The notes beneath the pieces are model-generated. The model made no database searches. It saw nothing but the letters and a program-made list of their open reading frames with translations, and was not told where the DNA came from. From the NCBI GenBank assembly GCA_963733375.1, contig CAVTDB010000003.1, positions 64,001 to 128,000 on the forward strand: a stretch of 64,000 nucleotides of DNA, in the 5' to 3' direction. The DNA comes from Nitrospirota bacterium. Its GTDB lineage: Bacteria > Nitrospirota > JACRHJ01. Of the stretch, positions 54,840 to 64,000 are shown piece after piece (position 1 is the first letter of the stretch; the number at the start of each line of letters is the position of its first letter). Both the position numbers and the translations under genes were made by a program.

Positions 54840-57800
54840 TTAATCGGCAGCGAAAGTCACCAATATCGTATGAGGCGTGGTTACATTAATGAACGTATAG
54901 GAAGTTGTCGTGGTCACAGGGCTTCCGTCCACCGTGAGTGTATCTACGTGATATCCGGCTTTGGGGATGATGGTGTAAGTCTGGTCCGCACCGCTGGTCA
55001 CCGCTCTCACGCCGGGAGGAGAAATGTTGCCGTTTGCGCCCGCTGTGGCCGTGATCGTCGGGATAAACGCCGCGGCTATAGTGTGGTCAGCCTGCACATT
55101 CGAGAATGTGTAGCCGGTCAGCGCCCCTTTGGAAGTCCCGTCGACCGTCGTGCTGCCCATCGCATAGCCGCTCGCTGGTGCAATGGCAAAGGTCTGGCTG
55201 GTGCCCTGCACCACTGCGGTGGTCCCAGGCGTTATGCTGCCGTTTGCGCCCTGGGTAACCGTTATGGTAATCGTCGAATTCTGCGCGAAGGTCACCGATA
55301 TCGTATGAGGCGTGGTTACATTAATGAACGTATAGGAAGTTGCCGTGGTCACAGGGCTTCCGTCCACCGTGAGTGTATCTACGTGATATCCGGCTTTGGG
55401 GATGATGGTGTAAGTCTGGTCCACGCCGCTGGTCACTGCTCTCACGCCGGGAGGAGAAATGTTGCCGTTTGCGCCCGCTGTGGCCGTGATCGTCGGGATA
55501 AACGCTGCGGCTATAGTGTGGTCAGCCTGCACATTCGAGAACGTGTAGCCGGTCAGCGCCCCTTTGGAAGTCCCGTCGACCGTCGTGCTGCCGACCGCAT
55601 AGCCGCTCGCTGGTGCAATGGCAAAGGTCTGGCTGGTGCCCTGCACCACTGCGGTGGTCCCAGGCGTTATGCTCCCGTTTGCGCCCTGGGTAACCGTTAT
55701 GGTAATCGTCGAATTCTGCGCGAAGGTCACCAATATCGTATGAGGCGTGGTTACATTAATGAACGTATAGGAAGTTGCCGTGGTCACAGGGCTTCCGTCC
55801 ACCGTGAGTGTATCTACGTGATATCCGGCTTTGGGGATGATGGTGTAAGTCTGATCCGCACCGCTGGTCACTGCTCTCACGCCGGGAGGAGAAATGTTGC
55901 CGTTTGCGCCCGCTGTGGCCGTGATCGTCGGGATAAACGCCGCGGCTATAGTGTGGTCAGCCTGCACATTCGAGAATGTGTAGCTGGTCAGCGCCCCTTT
56001 GGAAGTCCCGTCGACCGTCGTGCTGCCCATCGCATAGCCGCTCGCTGGTGCAATGGCAAAGGTCTGGCTGGTGCCCTGCACCACTGCGGTGGTCCCAGGC
56101 GTTATGCTCCCGTTTGCGCCCTGGGTAACCGTTATGGTAATCGTCGAATTCTGCGCGAAGGTCACCGATATCGTATGGGGCGTGGTTACATTAATGAACG
56201 TATAGGAAGTTGCCGTGGTCACAGGGCTTCCGTCCACCGTGAGTGTATCTACGTGATATCCGGCTTTGGGGATGATAGTGTAAGTCTGGTCCACGCCGCT
56301 GGTCACCCCTCTCACGCCGGGAGGAGAAATGTTGCCGTTTGCGCCCGCTGTGGCCGTGATCGTCGGGATAAACGTCGCGGCTAACGTGTGGGCCGTCTGT
56401 ACATTCGAGAATGTGTAGCTGGTCACTGCCCCTATCGAGGTCCCGTCGACTGTCGTGCTGCCCATCGCATAGCCGCTCGCTGGTGCAATGGCAAAGGTCT
56501 GGCTGGCGCCCTGCACCACATCGATTGTACCAGGCGTTATGCTGCCGCCAGTACCGGCTGATGCGGTTATTGTCAACATCGATGTCGCTATAGTCATCGT
56601 GCCGATCGCGCTGCCTTGGTAATTGGCGTCGTTTATCGTGCCTACTACCGTATAGGTCCCGACCGCGGTCGGAGCTGTTGATGTGCCGTTATAGGTAAAG
56701 CTTACCGAGAGGCCCACAGGGCTGGTGGTAGCGCTTGCGCTCTTCGCGGTGCCATCGCAGGTTTGGCTCAGGCCGCAGAGCGTTACCGTGGCCGTACACT
56801 GGGCTATCGTCATAGTGCCCAAGGCGCTTCCCTGGTAGTTGGTGTCGTTGATCGTGCCCACTACCGCGTAGGTCCCGGCCGCAGTCGGGGCTGTCGATGA
56901 GCCGTTATAAGTGTACGTGACTGCGAGGCCCACAGGGTTGGTGGTAACCGTGGCGCTCTTCGCAGTCCCGTCGTAGCTATGGCTCAGGCCGCCGAGCGTT
57001 ACCGAGGCCGTCGCCTTGGCAATAGTCATCGGGCCGGTCGCGCTGCCCTGGTAGTTGGTATCGTTTATCGTGCCCACTACCGTATAGGTCCCGGCCGCAG
57101 TCGGAGCGGTCGATGAGCCGTTATATGTGTACGTGACTGCAAGGCCGTTCGGAGTCGTGGACACCGTGGCCGGCTTCGCAGTTCCGTCATAGGTTTGGCT
57201 CAGGCCGCTTAAGGTTACGGTAGCCGCAGCCTGCAGCACGTTTATCGTCACGTCCTTGGACGCAGTGTTGTAGTCGGTGGTGTCCGTCGGGGTAAAGGCC
57301 GCTTGCAGGGTCTGGCCGCTGCCCGCATTCAAGACCGCCCCGGCAGCCGGAGTGTAGGCAAATGAGCCGCCAACCGGGGTGCTGGCGTTCAGCTCGAGTC
57401 GCGCCCAGTGCCGTGCCGTAGGTGATGTCGGCGGGGCTGTTCCAGGTAATGACTGGAGTCGCCTTCGCTATAGTCAGCGTGCCCGAAGCGGTACCTGTAT
57501 AATTCGTATCGTTGACAGTGACGGCTACAGCATAGCTCCCGGCAGCAGTCGGAGCGGTCGATGAGCCGTTATAAGTGTACGTGACTGCAAGGCCACCCAC
57601 AGGGCTGGTGGTGGCCGTGGCGTTCTTAGCGGCGCCGTCGTAGCTCTGGCTCAGGCCGCCGAGCGTTACCGTCGCCGGCGCCTGGGAAACGTTTATCGTC
57701 ACGTCCTTGGACGCAGTGTTGTAGTCGGTGGTGTCCGTCGGGGTAAAGGCCGCTTGCAGGGTCTGGCCGCTGCCCGCATTCAAGACCGCCCCGGCAGCCG

Positions 57801-60800
57801 GAGTGTAGGCAAATGAGCCGGCCACCGGGGTGCTGGCGTTCAGCTGAGTCGCGCCCAGCGCAGTGCCGTAAGTGATGTCGGCGGGGCTGTTCCAGGTAAT
57901 GACTGGAGTCGCCTTCGCTATAGTCAGCGTGCCCGAAGCGCTACCTGTATAATTCGTATCGTTGACAGTGACGGCTACAGCATAGCTGCCGGCAGCAGTC
58001 GGAGCGGTCGATGAACTGTTATAAGTGACGGTGACCGAAAGGCCGTTCGGAGTCGTGGACACCGTGGCCGGCTTCGCAGTTCCGTCATAGGTCTGGCTCA
58101 GGCCGCCGAGCGTTACCGTCGCCGGCGCCTGGGAAACGTTTATCGTCACGTCCTTGGACGCAGTGTTGTAGTCGGTGGTGTCCGTCGGAGTGAAGGCCGC
58201 GTGCAGGTCCTGGCCGCTGCCCGCATTCAAGACCGCCCCGGCAGCCGGAGTGTAGGCAAATGAGCCGCCAATCGGGGTGCTGGCGTTCAGCTGAGTCGCG
58301 CCCAGCGCAGTGCCGTAAGTGATGTCGGCGGGGCTGTTCCAGGTAATGACTGGAGTCGCCTTCGCTATAGTCAGCGTGCCCGAAGCGGTACCTGTATAAT
58401 TCGTATCGTTGACAGTGACGGCTACAGCATAGCTCCCGGCAGCAGTCGGAGCGGTCGATGAACTGTTATAAGTGACGGTGACCGAAAGGCCGTTCGGAGT
58501 CGTGGACACCGTGGCCGGCTTCGCAGTTCCGTCATAGGTCTGGCTCAGGCCGCTTAAGGTTACGGTAGCCGCAGCCTTCAGCACGTTTATCGCTACGTCC
58601 TTTGTCGCGCCGTTGTAGTCAGTGGTGTCCGTCGGGGTAAATACCGCGTGCAGGGTTTGGCCGTTGCCCGCATTAAGGACGCCACCCGCCGGAGTGTAGG
58701 CAAATGAGCCGGCCACCGGGGTGCTGGCGTTCAGCTGAGTCGCGCCCAGTGCCGTGCCGTAGGTGATGTCGGCGGGGCTGTTCCAGGTAATGACTGGAGT
58801 CGCCTTCGCTATAGTCAGCGTGCCCGAAGCGGTACCTGTATAATTCGTATCGTTGACAGTGACGGCTACAGCATAGCTCCCGGCAGCAGTCGGAGCGGTC
58901 GATGAACTGTTATAAGTGACGGTGACCGAAAGGCCGTTCGGAGTCGTGGACACCGTGGCCGGCTTCGCAGTTCCGTCATAGGTCTGGCTCAGGCCGCTTA
59001 AGGTTACGGTAGCCGCAGCCTTCAGCACGTTTATCGCTACGTCCTTTGTCGCGCCGTTGTAGTCAGTGGTGTCCGTCGGGGTAAATACCGCGTGCAGGGT
59101 CTGGCCGTTGCCCGCATTCAGGACCGATCCGGCAGCCGGAGTGTAAGTCAGCGTGCCAGGCACCGACGCTGTCGCGTTAAGCTGAGTCGTGCTCAATGCC
59201 GTGCCGGACACAATGTCGGCGGGGTTGCTCCAGGTGATCGTCGGAGTCGCCTTGGTGATCGTCAGGTTCGCCCCGACGTAGGTCAGGGTGTAGTTGCTAC
59301 TCAGCGCGAGCGTGCCCTGCTGTATAGCATGCGTCCCTACTGACTCGCCTGACGCTCGGGTCAGACTTCCGGTGAAGCTGTCGCCGTTCACGAGCGAGCC
59401 GCTGGTAATGGAGTAGGTGAGCGCCGGGTCCGAGTCGCCGTACGTCTTGCTCTTGGCGTCCGCGGTGACGCTAACAAGCCGCTTGGCGATAGTTAGCGTG
59501 CCGGTATCGTTTGTGCTGCCAGCGCTTACAGTGAAACTATCATTTGTGACAGCCGATGCTGCACTTGTGGTCGTTACTGTAAGCGTCGATGTTTTGTTGG
59601 AAGAGTCCACCGTTGCCGGGCTGAAGACCCCGGTGGCTCCGGAAGGCAGTCCTGAGATGGTCAAGGTGGGACCGGTACCGCTACTGTACCCCGACGTGCT
59701 GATGGCGTAAGTTACGGATCCGCCTGTCCCGTACGTAAGCGTGCCTGTTTGATTACCGACCGAAACCGAAGTAACGTGATACGTTGCCGCCACATAAGGC
59801 CCGACGTACGGGCCGCCGCCGGGCGCGCCGGCAGGCTCTATCTCGTCGGAACCTGTATTCAAAACGGCATTAGCCATGTTGATACGGCCGTTGCCAGTTT
59901 CGTCCGTGGAGTTGCCCGCAAGGTCGGCGGAAGCCGCCATCCTCGACACCACCACCCCGTTTGAGATGGTAGCATCGTATGCCCGCAGGTAGCCCGCCAC
60001 ACCCGCGGCTATGGCCGCCGAGGCCGACGTGCCGCTAACTGCGGCATAGGCATTATAATCAAGGCTGGTTGTGACAATGCCGACGCCCGGGGCCGCAAGG
60101 AAGACGTCCTTCCCGTAATTGCTGAAGGAGGCAAGCGCGTCAGAGGAATCTGTCGCGGAAACGCCGATGACGCCCCTGTCGCCCGCCGGATACGTCGGGT
60201 CCGAAATCGCATCATTACCGGTGGCGGCCACAAGGACGACGTTCTTCGACCAGGCATAATCTATGGCGTCCTGGAGGTTCTGACTGAAGCCTGGGTTGCT
60301 GAAACCCATGAGGATAACGTTGGCCCCGTGGTCCACCGCATACAGGATACCCGCTATGATATCGGCGTCCTTGCCGGTGCCGTCCGCGCCCAAGACCGTA
60401 ACGGGCATTATGCTGACGCCTGAAAAACAAACGCCGGTGATACCGATATTATTGGATACGCCCGCTACTATGCCCGCAAGCGACGTGCCATGTCCATTGG
60501 GATCGGTCGTGCCGCCGGAACCGTCTATTATAGACGTCCCCGGGACTATATTGCCGGCAAGGTCCGGGTGAGAGGCGTCCACGCCCGTATCGAGTATTGC
60601 GACCGTAGAGTGATAAAAAGGGAGAGACACACCATAAACGGAGTCCCAGCCGATCCTGGGGAGATACCACTGGCCTTCGTAATAAGGGTCCGGCGGAGTG
60701 AGTGTTTCGACCTTGCGCGTCTGATTTACCTCGACGCTTTCTACCTGCTGGTCGGATTGATAATTGAGGGTTACGGTGGCCAACTGGTCAGCCGTAACTT

Positions 60801-61026
60801 CTATGACATGCAGTCTCAGCGCCGGGATCGATGAGGTTTCCACGCCGCCGTCGCGTGCTACTATAGCCCCCACATCGACATATGAAAGCCCGGCAACCGT
60901 TTTTACTATTAAAGAGGTTTTCGGGGGGTCTGGAGGATCGGCGGCCCATCCGGCAGGAAGATAAGATAGAAAGAACAAAATGGATAATAACGGCAGTACT
61001 ACAATTAGCCTCTTGAACAGGCCCAT
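54840..61026 (-). CDS. Giant secreted S8 subtilase fused to MBG-like and InlB-B-like repeat stalk (about 2060 aa; frameshift near 57390)
   Basis: Signal peptide; catalytic triad ILDTGVD, NGHGTSLAG, SGTSASAA; MBG-like KSKTYGDSDP / LSQTYDGTAK..PTAAGSY repeats; C-terminal ITATAGANGNISP..GYHVDTLTVDG..HTIxVTF repeats. Confidence 0.9.
54845..56545 (-). repeat. About 4 near-identical 435-bp tandem repeats (145 aa, two-domain unit)
   Basis: tgRggcgtggttacattaatgaacg at 54871, 55306, 55741 and 56176. Confidence 0.92.
57130..59260 (-). repeat. About 4.5 near-identical 444-450-bp tandem repeats (MBG-like two-domain unit)
   Basis: gcccgaagc anchor at 57481, 57931, 58378 and 58822. Confidence 0.9.
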
Positions 61027-61346
61027 AACCCCTCCTTTTACACGCGCTACGGTTATAAATTCAGGATGAAGAGGACTTATGGCTCTACCAAATCGGAACT
61101 GCTATTGGGAAAAACTGGAGTTTTTCACATAACTACTATTAGCTAATCTCATTTCCGTGAAATGTCAATGACCCAAACGTATTAGTTTATGTGGAAGTGC
61201 TTGAATTTGCATTAAAAATAATTAAATTATTTTAATTAACCAGCCTGCTTTGGGGTTAATAGGCGTCACTTGACAAAGTGTTCATCAATTCTGGATTAAG
61301 TACATACGAGAATTGCCCGTTTGTTTGGAAGAAGCCGAAAAAAACT

Positions 61347-61436
61347 GCTACAATTCCGCTACAATTGTAATTTTTGACAAAAAAAGGACCTACGGAAATC
61401 CGTAAGTCCTTGATTTTAATGGTAGGCGATGGGGGG
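61347..61436 (-). mobile_element. att-like site 2: tRNA-Val 3' tip plus the same IHF/hairpin block and paired direct repeats
   Basis: aaaaaaaggacctacgg..cgtaagtccttgattt..atggtaggcgatg repeats 54540..54593; gctacaatt x2 at 61347 and 61358. Confidence 0.72.
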
Positions 61437-61623
61437 CCTCTAAGTGGGCTGCTGGTTTGGGAGATCGGCTATCCCACTGGAATACATATGCTTTAATTTC
61501 CTTCCGATATTTACAATGTTTCCATACAGTATGAACACTGCTTTGTATTCCCGGCAAATCATATAAGTAAAAGAGGGGGCTTTTGGCCCCTCCTTTGCGG
61601 ATGATTGCTTCATAATTTTTTTC

Positions 61624-61845
61624 CTAAATAGCACCTCCCTTCGCTAAATAGGATTTCAATTGCGCTGAAGTAATCCCATTTTTTGTTCTGGGATTTATAT
61701 AGTGAATTAAGCCAGCTTGTGGCGAATCAATAAGCGCGCCTTTTCTTAAATATCCCCATTCGGATTTGGGGTACTCCGCGGAGTATTTGTTGGTATCCAA
61801 CGAGCACACCACAATTCCTTCGGCCACAGAAGCAGTTCTCAGCAT
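61624..61845 (-). pseudogene. Short hypothetical ORF, probably a 5'-truncated remnant
   Basis: GIVVCSLDTNKYSAEYPKSEWGYLRKGALIDSPQAGLIHY looks protein-like; low-GC context; no good RBS. Confidence 0.35.
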
Positions 61846-62003
61846 ACGATAAAGACTCGGAATTCAAGGAACTCCTTATTGTTCACAATGGTGAGCCGGT
61901 AGCAGTTCAGCACACCCTTTTTCTCTTGTAAGGAAAAAGGGAGCCTTCTAAACGACTCCTCTGTAGGTTTTGTTATGGTCTTGAACCAGCGAGTCGTGTA
62001 AGC

Positions 62004-63735
62004 TCAGGAAGCAAAGAGCTTTCTGTCTGTGTACTTAACGTCGTCCTCATTGAAGTAGGGCTTAGCCCAGGCTGATGTCTTCTTGAGCACAAACGGTTTT
62101 GTATTGCCTTCCTTGTCAGTCGTCTTTGCCCGGAAGTGGAAGTGGTCCACGAGCCTCACGGCCTCTATCGCAAAGACCGTGGCGATGTCCTCGTCCTTTA
62201 TGCAGATCAGGTTGTCTCCGTTAGACATTTCCCCGCCGAGCGCGAGGTTGGACGAGCCGAAATATACACAGTTGTCAGGGGTGTTGAAGTCCATTACGAC
62301 GAACTTGTGGTGTATGTTGTGCGCCTTCACGCTTTCTTCCTTGTCGAAGGGTGGCGGCAATGCGCCAGCAAGACTCTTCGCGTTTACCAGTATGCCTCTC
62401 CTGGATCCCGGCTTGTAAAGCGAAACGGCCTTCGTGGAGTCAGTAACGCCGTAGGAGAACACGTCCTCCCTGTTTTGTATCTCCCTCAGCGCCGGATACA
62501 CGGAACCCCCGGTATTCTCCGCCAGCGACATGATCGAAAAAAGCACCGACTTTGTCTTCGGACTCCCGATCCTTTCAGAAATGCCGTCAAGAATGCTTGT
62601 TGCGAAATCCTTGTTATGAGGCGCGAAAGTGATCGAAGTGGAACCGCCGTTGAATTCAAAACACTCGGTCGCGCATTCGCACTCGCTGAAGTTCTTCATG
62701 TTCTCCCAAGAAGCCTCGAAGACTTTCCCGTAACACACGGCGACATCCTTGTCTTTGAAGACGGCCACGTGGTTCGCGTTCACACAGAGGCCCGTGACGG
62801 AGAAGTTTGTGGAGCCGGTGAGTACCTTTGCCGCATTGCCGCCCTTCTTGACTATTATGACTTTATCATGCGCAAACCTTTTGAACTTTCCACGCATTAT
62901 TTTGGAGTCGCTGGTCCCGGCGGCTTTCTCGAACCTCTTCTCGAAATCGGTCTCGGGCGAGTCGTCCGTCCCGTGTCCAGTTTTTTCGCCGTCTTCCGTG
63001 GAAGTTGAATTGTCCAGGATCATGCGTATCCTGCCCTGGCTGGCAAGTTTCAGGCACAGGTCCGCAATGACAGGCTCGTTGAAGTCGTAAGCGAACATGT
63101 CCACTTTGAGGGATTTGTCGGCCAGCACCTCGTTTAATATGTCCAGGATTTCTTTACGCGCAGTGAAACCAAGCCAAGTATATACATCTTCATAGGTAAA
63201 GTCATTCCCGTCGTTAGAGCAAAAGTGTTCGGACGTATCGAATAACCATCCATCACCTTCCTTGATGAAGGCGTCATTCTGGCCGAACCAGGCTGAGCTA
63301 GGCCTGCGACGTCAGAAATGACCGAGTGAAGGCGAGTTCAACGTTCTTCGAAGCGAACCTGTCAACGAGGATCTCGGCGGTGGCGGTCAATGAACTATCC
63401 AGGTCTTCAAGCTTCCCGCTTTCTTCGTCCCAATAGCGCGGCGTGACGTAGTATTTATAATTGCCGTATTCCGGATTGTTGAGCTTTTGATGAAAATCGC
63501 CCGGTACATGTATCCAACGGAACTTCTGGAATGGAGATTCGTTGGAGTGTTTTTCTTCCTTGGTGCCATCGAAGTTGACGCGGTTCATCAGGAAATACCG
63601 GCTTCCGGATGGTGTGCCTATCTCGATAGAGAAACCCACGAAATTATCCTTCATGAGCACGCCATCGATATCGAAGGCGAGCAGCGTCATGGCATCCCCT
63701 CTGTATGCTTTCACCGATACTCTGTTATCAGGCAT
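62004..63735 (-). CDS. Phospholipase D/nuclease superfamily protein with two HKD-type motifs (single-base insertion near 63298)
   Basis: AHDKVIIV..GSTNFS and IHHKFVVMD..GSSNLA; removing one base at ..GCC TA(G)C TCA.. joins 63298..63735 in frame to 62004..63128 via SQAYSAWFG..WLGFTARKEI. Confidence 0.85.
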
Positions 63736-64000
63736 AACGAGACTCCTTTTAGAAACTTAAGAATGGCAATGAGAGCCCGCCCGGTGGAAACCATAAAAAG
63801 CTCACATCAAAACAGGCAGGCCGGTTTAATAGTTTTATTGCGAGCCATTCGAAAATTCATAAAACGGGTCTATGAATTCCTGAGACCCGTAGAACTCTTT
63901 CGAAGCGGCGGTGCAACCGCCTTTGCATTTATCTTTAAGGGGATGTTCACACTCGATGCATTTTTGCGGCACGGCGCTCCAGAACTGCCTGCATTTCTTT

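Noticed and set aside
54870-56384. 504-aa plus-strand repetitive ORF
   Set aside because: Antisense shadow of the 435-bp coding repeats; Arg/Cys-rich composition with no recognisable motifs.
54845-59260. CRISPR array or non-coding repeat array
   Set aside because: Repeat periods are 435-450 bp, multiples of three, and lie inside an ORF; there are no unique spacers and no cas genes.
63298-63300. Pyrrolysine or stop-codon readthrough at the TAG in the PLD gene
   Set aside because: The downstream coding sequence is in a different frame; a single-base insertion explains it.

Overview
Chromosomal window (about 55-60% GC) from a diderm, probably anaerobic bacterium; the gene content suggests Desulfobacterota/Nitrospirota, but the taxon cannot be fixed from this window. 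Many long genes are broken by 1-nt frameshifts, most likely uncorrected long-read indels. Left to right: a multi-PAS histidine kinase / Rcp1-like regulator / hybrid kinase cassette; a 14-kb minus-strand DUF11 ('conserved repeat domain') surface-fibre operon with a consensus sigma54 promoter and its own NtrC-type activator; an aldo/keto reductase; mgtA with a PTS-EIIA-like partner; an orphan parA triad with a 22-aa-repeat protein; DUF2950/DUF3300/SYLF genes; a cyclic beta-1,2-glucan synthase (ndvB/cgs); a cold-shock protein; a USP; a DevBCA-like exporter; a hemerythrin; a split CbcL-like nonaheme cytochrome c + cytochrome b; two radical SAM enzymes; an OYE flavin oxidoreductase; and an island-like region with tRNA-Val-derived att-like repeats carrying a giant subtilase-adhesin and a PLD-family gene. 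The main candidate for an undescribed system is the DUF11 operon. Three of its proteins start with the same ungapped 28-aa N-terminal hairpin (N-x5-Y-x7-M-x4-AS), and four end in a DUF11 domain lacking exactly that hairpin. This predicts a polar pilus built by donor-hairpin complementation and possibly cross-linked by Lys-Asn isopeptide bonds: tip adhesin, shaft subunits, outer-membrane barrel anchor and a Lys-less chaperone-like subunit.
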